A stretch of 64,000 bases of DNA from Amphiscolops sp. MND2022 (lineage: Eukaryota), in contig OZ076413.1 in NCBI GenBank assembly GCA_964187785.1, positions 47,988,001 to 48,052,000 of the forward strand, written 5' to 3'. The notes below the pieces were generated by a model that had not been told where the DNA came from, searched no databases, and saw only the letters and a program-made list of their open reading frames with translations. The position numbers and the translations under genes are program-made. Positions 51,807 through 62,875 of the stretch are shown here, one piece after another (position 1 is the stretch's first letter; each line of letters begins with the position of its first letter).

Positions 51807-54154
51807 TTAACAAACTTTAATTACCATTTTGAGGGCGTCGAGCTCACAGCTGATCTGCTCTTTCAGAAGGGTAAGTTGTCGGCTGGAGAATATGGGGCTC
51901 CATGATCCTCTCAGGGAATTGAGTTTCCTCTGGAGTTGTCGTATTTTAAACTGCAACACAGCATAAATTCTGACAACTCTAGGAAAAACCTCTTCATTGT
52001 GTACTTCCTGCTGACTGGCGTTGAGATGGCTGTCCACACTCAGAGGGAAATGGGTGACAGCAAGGAAGTTGGAGGCAAAAGCAAGGGAGTCCCCCTTTGT
52101 TGCAACTATATGCGGCCAGCGTGCAGGCAAAACGAGGATGTCGCCGGCTTCCATCACAAGTTTGTGGACGCCACCTGTCAGAACCTTCAGGTTCACGAAG
52201 AAAGTTAGACTAAATAAAAACGAAAATACATATAAACGAATTATCTGGTTCAATGATTTTGAATCATGTGCATGATTGATAATGTGCTCTTCGCAAAAAG
52301 ATGACTTTGAGATGAGCATGTTTTCAGTACATGATCTGAGTAAATTTATCTCTTTGTGGGGATATTGCTCCACTCTTCAAAGAGCTGCAAATTGACACTT
52401 GTCAGGTCCACCAGGCAGAAGATCTTCTGCCCACGGGCGACAGTATAAAAGGCAGTCGTGCTGGAGAAGTCGACATGCCACGGCGTGTCACACTTGTCGT
52501 TTGAGACAAGCAAATAATTAGATGTAGCCCCAGTGAAGTGTCCTGCTACGTCGATACACTCATCTGCTAGGTGGTCAGCCGCACAGTACCGGACAAAGTG
52601 TGGTACTTGGAAAACTAAACCAAAACGATGACTTCAGCACACGGTTTCAGAACAAATACTCCTTACAGTGGTCGCCGTTTTCAACATCCATTTAGTTGCT
52701 AAAATTTTGAAAAATAGAAGTGTGCATCCATCATGGGCCACTTTCCCCTGACGTAGTTTGAACATGTATTGAACACTGACTTTTAGCTCTGTAAAGACAC
52801 CGATTTCAAAGACTAGTTTTTTCCATATGAGCCTTTCCAAGGTATGATAAAAAACTTACATTCTGTTCAAATGCAATGTCAATGATATTGACAGAGAATG
52901 TCTTCGTAGCCGCTGCAGAGGACCCGGCTCGCTGCTCGTCCAGGTATTCGCTCTTTGCTAAAGACCTGACCTAAAATTCAACAACATTTAATTCCATCAT
53001 CCTCCTTTGAAACTACTTTACCAATATTTAGATAACTTAAAATGAAATCCGCTGCCAACGATGTCTTAATGGATACTAAATCTCAATATGTTTTGGTTCA
53101 AGGAAAACAACAATTTTTATCACTAATGGTAAAACGCTATACATGAATGAAGTTTGTGAAATTCGAAAAGTACAAAAAATGGCGGTATAATTTCACCTGT
53201 TGGTCATGTGGTAGTTGTGATGACTTTGCAGCAAGCTTCGCTGCAGGATTAGCAATGTGTTGCAGCAAGAAGTAGACTTGATGGAGGAAGTCCTCAGCGG
53301 GCAAAACTGGGAGCTTCAATCCTCGCGAGTTTATAGCCCCGTTCTTCCACAGTATTGGCTGGCCACGAGAGAGTGCTTTTATGACCATGCCTTTCATCTT
53401 CTTGCCCATTCTTCCACCTGCAGCAGTTCCATGGCTCCTCTGAAAGTGGCATGTCATCTAGGTGCTTTACGAAGACACTTGTCCCTTCGTACGCCCGTCG
53501 ACTTGGCTAGCTCGTCATTGCCATGTTGCTTTCTTTGTGGAGGGGAAAGCGTGTCAGGTGTCTCTGTAGGGAGTCGCTCCGGGCAAATTCCTCACCACAG
53601 GATGTGCAAGGATGTTTCTTGCTGGGGTCGGCTGTTCCTAAGCATTTTATGATTAAACTTTAAACTAAAAACATTGTTCGCACATTTTGACTATGATCGT
53701 ATTAGTTGTTTATTGATGGCCCAAAACAGGAAGCTGTTGATCAAACAACGCGTGACTAAATATTGAAAAAGTGTGAACAAAGTTTGTACCTAAATCCTAA
53801 ACTGTCGCGCTAAGAATAAATATAAATTTGAAGCTTTCTGATTTGTATTCACGTCTTTGTGTTATAAGATTTTCACTAATTATGAAAAGAAAGTGGCGGG
53901 GAAAAAAGAAAGAGCCCCAAATAGTTGACATAGTTGATCTACTTACTATATTTTCGTTTATTTTTGGCTATATCTGTCGTGCAGTACCTCGCATTCTCGA
54001 TGTGCCGCCTGAGGGTTACAGGGGTGGCAAAGACCATCTTGCAACGAGGACAGGCTTTGTTTTGCGGCTGCTTCGTACCGCAGGTTTTTTGGTGCCTCTC
54101 AAAATTCGCGCGTCGGTTTGACTTGTACGAACAATTGGAGCAGCTGTATTCAGT
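51807..54154 (-). pseudogene. Multi-exon gene: three C2H2/C2HC zinc fingers fused to a KDM2/KDM7-type JmjC histone demethylase
   Basis: Exons 54154-53947 (ZF1 CSNC..RRANFERHQKTC; ZF2 CPRC..TLRRHIENARYC), 53637-53197 (ZF3 CTSCGEEFARSDSLQRHLTRFPLH; GTSVFVKHL; PILWKN..GLKLP), 52970-52860 (VNIIDIAF), 52614-52350 (YLLVS..TPWHVDFSSTTAFYTVARGQKIFCLV..NLQLFEEWS) and 52209-51807 (GDILVLPARWPHIV..DSLAFASNFL). Splice phases match at three junctions. The 52860/52614 junction is out of phase and may need a decayed mini-exon at ~52698-52667. Lesions: TAG at 53507-53509, a frameshift, and an AT donor at 52349. AATAAA (minus) at 51679-51684. The first exon was not found. Confidence 0.9.
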
Positions 54155-55759
54155 CTGTAGAAACAAAAACAACACTATTGTTTAACCTCGAAGTGTCGTG
54201 CATGTACACCCCAAAATTCCAAACTGCTAAAAGATATTACAACCTGCCATTTCAAATAAAGACATGTTTTCCGATCAGAAAAAGAAGGAAACGAACATGC
54301 ACAAAAACAGAATATGCCAATATTACAAAACCCCAAATGAATTCAGAACCTCGCGCCTCCTTTTCAGTTGGTCTTTGGCATGAGAACCATAAAGTATTGG
54401 ATTGCTCCCTCTTAAAACGAGATATAAAGACCGAACTCGGGTCTTTTCTGTTTTTCCCTCATCCTATTCCTTAAAATTACCCCCAATATTTCATTTGTCA
54501 TGATAAGAATCGTAGTATATGACTCTTTTCCTAATGATTAACTTCTTAAAGATGAACCCCATCAACATTTCGATTGTAAGGAAAAGAATCGTATTATAAG
54601 ACTCATTTCCTAACGATTCACTTCCTAATGATTTTCGAGGGAAGGGAGTCAACTTGCTGGGGAGATAACAGAAAAGACCTACGAATTCTATAGCATTATT
54701 TCACTCTCCTATTTCTCTACAAAGGGTGAACAGTTTTTCACTCAGGCCTGTTCAAAGAAGATGACAGTTCAAACTCAGATTAGTTTTTACTACTCAGGGA
54801 AACCAAAAGAAACCAAAATTTTCCTTTGGTAATTCAGGAGGACTTCTTACTCACAGTGTGTACCAATTTTTTTTCTCACTCAGAATTTTTCTACTACCCA
54901 CCGTGGATATAAAAAGTTTCTATACAACTGCAGGACAAAAATTTACTCACGTTGTGTGCCAAAACCGAGTACAATACTTTACTCACAGTGTGTACCAAAA
55001 CCAAAACGGTGTGTATTAAAACTGAGTTTTTTCTACTCACGGTGGGAACTCAAATTTTTCCAACTGAATGAAATATTGTTATTTCGTATCTCAAATTGTA
55101 GAGGTAAAACACTGTGAAAAAGAAACTGACCATTATGAAAGCAGCAGGCAACGTATAAAGAATCTAGAACTGAAAGAATAATCAGACAAAGTTCAGACAA
55201 AAGCTTACAGAAGGCTTTTTGAACTAAACAAATCTAGCAAGAGGTTGAATTTAAAGATTGAACGACCAAGAATCCATTTCCTGAACTAGAAGAACATTTC
55301 CTACATCCACTTCGGCAGTCAATCAAAATCGAATTAGCATTCTCAGTTCCGTAAACTATTGTAACTGTTTTGATTTTTGACGCTACAATGGCACACAAGT
55401 TTACTAATGGACACTTTCTTCAGATTCATTCCAATTGTGCTGAGTGAACGAATAGGGTTGAACAAATGAATGGTAAACAAAATGAAACATGTTGAAGCGA
55501 AATAAAAAACGAAGAGAGCACACTCCTTCTGGAACACAAAACGATTCAAATTTTAACCTACCTAATTTTTTGAAAATGCACTTTAGATGATTGAATGTTG
55601 CATAAGTCTTGCAAAACCCTATTTTATCGGACAACTTCTGTGAAGTCACAATTTTTAGGACAAACGTTATCAAAGTTTTCTAATATTGGAAATTATGTTA
55701 ATTTTGATCAATAACTTTGTTCATGATTTCTTTCTATTCAAGGCTATTTAGACCTAATA

Positions 55760-56470
55760 ATTCACTAAATGTACGCCTTTTGAATTACTTCTCAAATGCT
55801 TAAGCACTTGTTTGCGGAATCCACTGTCAATGTATTGGTATACGTTAGTCGCTTCCACGTTTCGCTTTTCGCAGGATGAAGAATACATTCCAGGATAGTG
55901 GAATCCTTTGCAATAGAAATTTAAGTCTATTTAGAACTAAGAATTTACTGAAAGTACCCTTTTTGAATTGGTTTGCAAATGTTTCAGCATTTGTTTGTGG
56001 AATCGACTGTGAATGTATTGGTATACGTTAGTTGATTCCACATATCACTTTTCGCATTGTGAAGAATACTTTCCAGATCAGTGTAATCCACTGCAATATA
56101 AATTTATATCTATTTAGAACTAAGAATTCACTGAATGTACGTCTTTTGAATTAGTTTGCAAGTATATAAACGTTTGTTTGTGGAATCCACTGCCAATGTA
56201 TTCGCATGATAGCCCATTCCACTTACTGTTTTTCGCAGGATAAAGAATACTAGCTGAAATAGTGAAATCCACTGCAAGACTACTCAGGACTAATATTTCA
56301 CCGAATGTACCTTTTTTGTATTACATCGCTAATGTTTAGGCATTTGATTGTGGAATCCACTGTCAATGTACTTTTATATGTTGTTCAATTCCACTAACCG
56401 CTTTTAGCAGGTTGAAGAATGCTTTCCAAAACAGTGAAATTCACTGCAATAAAGTTCAAGACTATTCAGG
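55760..56470 (-). repeat. Second array of the ~187-bp unit, about four units, inverted relative to 50350-51545
   Basis: GGAATCCACTGTCAATGTATTGGTATACGTTAG is the reverse complement of the unit in the first array. Confidence 0.92.
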
Positions 56471-56816
56471 ATTTACAATTTTTACAACATAATTGGTGTT
56501 TTTTATATCCTGTGCCTCTCCCACTTGGTAGAACACTAGGTGATTTCAGCACGCTCCGGACTTCATTTTTCAAACCGTTTTATATACCACCCCAAATGCG
56601 AAAATGACCGCCAAAGATTAAACAGTTGCTATAAAGGTCTAAGAACTGCCTCCTTTTTGAGAAATACTTTTTTGGTCATATATAAAAATGTTTCTTCTAA
56701 GTTTCTGAGAAAAAAATTGTTCAAAAGCTGAATTAGTACTACAAGCAAAGATAAAAAGATATGTCTTCAAAATCATTTATTGTAACAAGCACTTGAGAGT
56801 AAAAGACGAGTAAAAA

Positions 56817-59719
56817 TCAGAGGTAAAGACGATCATCTGCTGGAGTTCTGTTATGTTTCACAAAGCCGTTTCGGTTTCTTTTCAATGCCACAATGGCTGA
56901 TGTATTCGCTATTGATTTGTTATCATCTATTTGATTCATCAAGAGTGGTCGCATGTCATTAAGTTTCATCGGATGGATCAAGAGTTCAGGCCTCATAATA
57001 TGTTTTTCAGGGTCTAGAATGACGTTAGATTCCACCATTTTGAGTACGTATTCAACAGTGATGAACAGGAAACCGCCTGATGCAAATCTTTTACAGGCCA
57101 AAGCAGCTGGAGACAACTTCTATTTTGCTGAACACTTTTCATTTTCTCTGCTTTCGGAAAAATGTCTATGGAGCTTCAGTTTTGTTCTCAAGGCTTCCAA
57201 TTGATGTTTATCGCCGGTCGAGTTAATAAGGTCCTCTTCATCGGTCGAGTTAGTAAGGTCCTCTTCATCTTTGCCAATAACGTAAAAATTCAAGATATTT
57301 GAATGCGATTTCATTAGGTTCTCTGCATTTTATTTCTCATAAACGGCACCTACTATTTCGCAAAATTCTATCTTTGAAGAAATCCTGTGTGAGCCCACAC
57401 TTGAACCTACCCACAATTGTAGATTTTGATTTTGGCACCGTCGAGAGTCTCTTCAGTCGTGAGTGTTTTTCTTTCATGTTCAATGACATTGGATATTTGT
57501 TTCGGAAATTGTTGAAGAAATATCCAGGAACCGGCAAAACGAAAAAGCAGTATCCAGAAAAAATGGACCTTGATGGTAAATGGAGCCACCGTTTCTCATG
57601 GTTCGGGATTGAAATTTTTTTTCGCATTGTGGTTCGATTTTTCCAAGCCTTTGCAGAGGTGATTCCTTGGCTTCTCAATGTACACGCTTTCAACTAGTTG
57701 GGCTATCAATGGAAGCTTGAGCTTGTATGGTGACAGCCTCTTCCGCCCGAAGAGGAGCAAATTGATTTGGAAGTATGTTTCAGCCCATCGTTTGTAAGTG
57801 TCAACATCAAACGTCCTCTGAATTTTCAACAGAATTGCACACTGGTTTAAACATTGTCGTAGAAGCTCACAAGCATCATTATTGACATATATCGTTCTTC
57901 GTTTCCTGGATTTATGGGGTCCCGTTTGTAAGATAAATATGGATGTAAAGACTTCAATACTTTTGCAGCCCACAAGTTGTATCTATCATCACTTCCAAGA
58001 AGTGTCTCAGTCGTCCAAACTCCGTCATAAAGGTTCGTGATTGTTCCATGTTGAGAACTTCTAAGTTCTTCAGTTTCATCTATAACTGCGAGACATTCGA
58101 CCCCGCTAATGACAGTGGTCCTACTGTTCCTGGGGTTTTACCTACTTTTTGTGGATTATATTGAACTGAAAAGACAGTCTTTTAGCTTCTCGGCTGGTCA
58201 GATTTTTCTCAAAGCGCTGTATGCTTAAAACTTCCCAGGGATGTTTGTCGTTAATTACCTTCTGAGCCATTCTTCTAATATCATTCTCAGTGCAATGCGT
58301 TGTCATGTGTGTACCGTTTGGGCAGACTGTTCTGACATCGAATATGCTTGCTAATGCGTCTTCCATCGACATCTGAGCAGCGGGTGGGGAAGAAATTTTC
58401 ATCGCATACATATATCGGAAGTTGTGAGGGATGAGAACTTGAACGTTCAGTTGAAATTCCAAGAACCAAACGCGTCAAGAACGGGCTGTCACCACTGTAT
58501 GTAATTTCAATGCCATTGGCTTGTATTTACTTGTAGTTCTTTTGACTGGCGGTACAGCCATCCAGACTCTTGGTTACCCAGGATAGACAGGCCAAAATTT
58601 TGTTCCATTACATATCGTCCATCTTTGCCACGACAGGATACAAAACAGAATACAGCTTTCGATGATTGGCTGCTAACTGCGATGTTCAAAATTCTGAGTG
58701 CTAGACGCGTTACCTCAACCCCCATTTCGCAACCGTCTTCCCAAATGTCAATTTATGGCTTTCAAGATTTGTTGTTTTGCAGTAAAACTAATGACGCAGA
58801 CGTCACTGTTTTCAGTAAATCGACTCGAAATCCAGAATAAGTGCGCTCAGGCTCGCAAATTGTAACAAACAATTTCATTATGAGTCTAGTGGCTCTTTTG
58901 ATGTGACGAATTGACGGTACTAGGCTACCACCTCCTAAACAAACCGAAACTAGCGTTTGTCGAATTGCTTTGAGGATATCTTCTATGTTGACAGTTTTCA
59001 TTTTGATTGAAAGTTCGTACCTAAAGCACTCGGAGGAGCCCCTGTCCATCAAAAGACCAGTGAACAAAAATCGAATGTGATTACCGCTTGCGCTCCTTTT
59101 TCGCCGCGCGATACGTTTCTGATGCTGTTCTTTGAGAATTCTGGCTGATACCTGAATAGATATACCATGCATTCTAGCAAATTTAAGGACTTTGGTCCAA
59201 AAACAGTTCTTATTAGTTCTGTTCCACATTTTGAGTTGCAATTGCGTAATATTCTTATCTGATTGTTGCTGGTCTTGTTGAAAATCAACTTCTGAAGTGT
59301 TCTGTAGCACTGCCTCTTCTTGGAGTGTTACTTCAAGGGATGTTTCTTCAACTGTCTCATGCTGAGAAGAAAATTTGTGAAAGTACCGACATCGGGCTAA
59401 AATCTGGTGTTAAATATTTTGCAACAAAGCTTCTTCACTTCTCCTCGTTCCAAGGGAAGTCTTTATAGCCCCGCAGAATTAAAAGTTCCATTATTTTCGA
59501 TGCAACTAAAACAGATCCCTGGAGCTGTCCTTCAATTGGTACTTTCTGAATAGGATCGTTTGTGTTCAGAGTGGTCCCTACGACCATTTCAGCAACGATT
59601 GAAGTAAGTTTCCTTTGACGATTTTGTAACGTGTTTCCTGTTATAAAGTCTAAAAATTTAGAATCTATGAATTCTTTCCCATCATCTAGTGATAGATTGA
59701 ACTTTTCGAATTCTGACAT
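56817..59719 (-). pseudogene. RAG1/Transib-like DDE transposase-core gene, decayed
   Basis: Ordered motifs: IDIWEDG (D at 58735-58737); RILN...GKDGRY; TYSGDSPFL..LG (D at 58488-58490); CPNGTHM; LSPYKL; LCKGLEKSNHNAKKNF (E at 57641-57643). AATAAA (minus) at 56776-56781. No TIRs or RAG2-like partner found. Confidence 0.6.
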
Positions 59720-60908
59720 TTCTAAACTTGTAGACTATGAAAGTGAGCGTGTCAATGGTGTATCAATTCGTCAATAATGATGACGCCGAAAGACTATTAA
59801 TATCCTTTTCTTTGTGTTTCAGTTTCCCTCCTTTTGCGTCTTCTGATACGCCTCAATTTTAGTTTTAACTTCAAATAAAATTAATCTTGCAACATGTTTC
59901 TCAGGTATTATTGCTTCGCACGCTGTTTAAATCTTTCTTCAAGAACTGTTTGAAAACAGTTGATTGCACGTTGAACTAAAACTACAATGTCATGGGTGCG
60001 TTCACTAGTAGGTGATAAAGTTAGGTGTGATTTTTCCCAAAAAATCATATGGAAGGATTTTTCAGTGATTTTTTGAGTTAGTGTTTTGTCTCCACTGTGA
60101 GTCAGTCGACATTGTTTGGAGGATTTTGTTGTTTTTCGACCGTGAGTTGACCGTGAATTGGAACACAGTTCAAGCACTACGAAGTTTGGCAAAAATTGAT
60201 GAAGAAAATTTTTTCAAATAGAGAACCTACACATTATCATGACAAAAAGAAAGACGTAAACAAAACTTTTAACAAAACTTTTATAAGAAGGAGTAGACGC
60301 GAGGAACGCATCAAGTGTAAGTTGTAACCATTGATAAATAGTGATTGTAAAAATCCCACTATTCGCCAATTGCTTCACAGAATTTGTATTCTGCGACCTG
60401 AAACAAAAAAATTTAAAAAAATCTGGAACTTTTTCCTTTCCCCTACACTTTTCAAGATGTTGTTTTTCCTATTACTGTAGACTTCGGATAATCGAATATT
60501 GGCTAATCCAAAATTTTGGGTAAACGCATAAAAATCCCCGGCTGTATCGAACATACTAGCATGTTTTAGTTTAATCGAATATTTCGCTCCATCGAGAAGT
60601 TTTCGCCGGTCCCGCCAGGATTCGATTAGCCGACCGTAATTAACATAACAAAAACACTTGAATACACACAAGAATTTTTCAGTTTTAAATGTATTTCCAG
60701 AGAAACACTTTATAACTGAGATACAAACGTCGTTCACCCTGTTTTCCGTATTCTTTGAAAAGTGTGGGGGACAAAGCCAATAGGCCAAAAGTCTTCCAAT
60801 AACGAGATCCTTCACGTGTTAGTTTGAGAGATATATTAAACCGAACCACCATGAAAAATTGGAAAGAAGAAATTTTAGAAATTTATCAATGTTTCATTGA
60901 TGTGTTGT

Positions 60909-61103
60909 TTCGCTGAAACTTGCAATGGATTCCACTTCAGCTTACAGTGGATTCCACTTTGGCTTACAGTCAATTCCACTCGTTTTGCATTGAATTCCAC
61001 AAGTTGGAAAGTGGAATCGACTGTACGCCAAAGTGGAATTGGCTGCAAGCCAAAGTGGAATCAACTGTAAGCTGAAACGGAATCCACTGCAAGTTTCAGC
61101 GAA
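60909..61103. repeat. 195-bp foldback with 72-bp arms built from 22-bp AGTGGATTCCACT-containing subunits
   Basis: TTCGCTGAAACTTGCAATGGATTCCACTTCAGCTTACAGTGG... pairs with ...CAACTGTAAGCTGAAACGGAATCCACTGCAAGTTTCAGCGAA, with about six mismatches. Confidence 0.9.
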
Positions 61104-61315
61104 TTTCGCTGAAAGTTGGGAAATAAGCTGACGCGATTGGTTCAATTCAGTTGGCAGTGAAAGCAGTGGATTTCTGTGCACGCATTGTTGTACATTATCT
61201 AGAAATGTTAGTGGAATCCAAAAAAGGCTACAGCGGAATCCACTGAAAATCAGTGAAATACATGTTTTGGCACTGTAATGTAGCTATGAAGATGATGATA
61301 ATCGCAGACAAAAGG

Positions 61316-61940
61316 TTAAAATGCAACCTGTTTGTCTGTTCCTGAACAGCTTCTACAGGCAGTACGAAAGACCCCAACTTCCTTTGACATGGTCGCTGTC
61401 GTTTGGCAGAACATAAAGAAATTGATCAATCCTATGCAACCATCCCCTCTATTTTTTTCAGGCGTTCTCTGATAGCGCAATTTTGCCCGTCTTTTTGAAC
61501 AACCGAGTGTTGTGTGTTTTTCTTTCATGTATTCTTTAACTGTACTTTTCACGTTGCCATAGTTGTTTCTTTGAACAGCTCCACTCCAACTGTCTCTGAC
61601 TGCCCCACAGTCAGTTTCTAACATCAACACAATTTTCTCATCATGTGCTCTAAAAACATCATGTTGAGTGAATCTTTCTTTCAGTCTTTTCCGCAGTTCT
61701 TTTCATGATGTATACACTTATGTGCTACCATTTTTTCTCACCAATTTTTTTTATATCTCTTGCTGACCCTATGAAAATTTGTAACCACTTTTTCACCCAT
61801 ATTAGGTCACTTCTTCTCCCGTTTATATCTTCACTGTTTACTCCAAGAATTTGACTCTTCCGTGCTTCTGAGTCATATCTTTGAATTCGACTTTCGACCC
61901 CTGTTTGTGCCCGCTCCTTGGTACACATCCGCTCATTCAA
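61316..61940 (-). pseudogene. Decayed antisense ORFs, weakly similar to the Gypsy pol linker and integrase zinc-binding region
   Basis: SDLIWVKKWLQ, KEYMKEKHTTLG and INFFMFCQT loosely recall the DxxLxxVxxWL, HxxxGH and CxxC segments. Weak. Confidence 0.25.
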
Positions 61941-62499
61941 TATTTACTCTTTAAATGATAATTGTACACTTTTCGCTTTGGTGTTGTTGTACACTTGTCT
62001 TGCTGTTTACTCCAAACACCTTTATACTGGCTTAATCAATAAACAGTCCTTTGCTCAGTAGTCATTGATTAGGCACTGATAGTCTTCTCTGCCTCTTTTC
62101 TCGCATGCACGCCCTTTTGTCCGACAAATGATATAGTTTGCATTTGGCACACGTTGCCACGTGCTCTCTCGCTTACAGTTTTTTTTTAGCAAACACTGCT
62201 ACTTTTTCCGCGCTTTGTCCAGTCAATTTTGATTCACTCTTTACTGTTTTGCTGCCCCCTTTTAAGTCCACAGCCACACCTTTTCACAACAATGCATAAC
62301 TTGCGTTCAACATGCGCTTCATCTGCTTTTCTTCTTTTAGAGGCCCCCCCTTATGTGATATGTATGTTTTCATTTTTTCTTTTTTTGGGTATTTGTGTCG
62401 GCTTTCTTAGTATACCGGGTTGATTGCGTTCTTCTGTTTCATTCAACTTCACCATCTCTGCCCTGAAATAGATCACAACCGGGCAGTTCCCCTTTTCTT

Positions 62500-62511
62500 G
62501 AAAGTGGCGAG
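62500..62511 (+). promoter_or_regulatory. Polypurine-tract-like sequence
   Basis: GAAAGTGGCGAG directly precedes the 3' LTR TG. Confidence 0.65.
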
Positions 62512-62875
62512 TGTCATGATACAATCATGATAATCTACAAAATTTCGAACACCAAACAAATTCCGCCATTGAAAGTTAAGTTTCAATCAGAGGCCGACAA
62601 CTCCGAGATGGACAACGATACGATGAAGTGGTTAAACGGAAGACCAGAAGACTAATTTTTCACTTGAAGAAACAGTTGAGTTAAAAGTTGTAAATTGTGT
62701 TTCTCCATTGTAAACTGTCTACTCTTCAATAACAATCATAAAACAGGTTTCTTCAACCAAAGTTTATTCACTCTGAGTGAAGGAAAACTACCCAAGCGAA
62801 ATCTGAAGAACTAAATCAGATATGAAAAGCTCTTTATAAAAATCATAGTCACGTGCTCGGACCAACCACATGACA
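62512..62875 (+). repeat. 3' LTR (364 bp)
   Basis: TGTCATGA...ACATGACA. About 85% identical to the 5' LTR by hand alignment (~53 mismatches plus two indels). Confidence 0.95.

Larger units (their letters stand above)
31362..62875 (+). mobile_element. Giant (31,514-bp) Ty3/Gypsy LTR retrotransposon with antisense cargo genes
   Basis: Related LTRs lie at both ends. TSD CCGGT is at 31357-31361 and 62876-62880, and the flanks rejoin into a type-B satellite monomer. A PBS-like site follows the 5' LTR and a PPT-like site precedes the 3' LTR. Domain order is gag-PR-RT-RH-IN. Confidence 0.88.

Noticed and set aside
54850-55110. CACAGTG/CACTGTG heptamers as RSS-like ends for the RAG1-like gene
   Set aside because: No nonamer at 12/23-bp spacing, no matching partner end, and no TSD. 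They belong to a short local repeat.
62512-62875. The right LTR as an independent solo LTR in the satellite
   Set aside because: A solo LTR would have satellite and CCGGT on its left. It is instead preceded by a PPT-like tract and non-satellite DNA.
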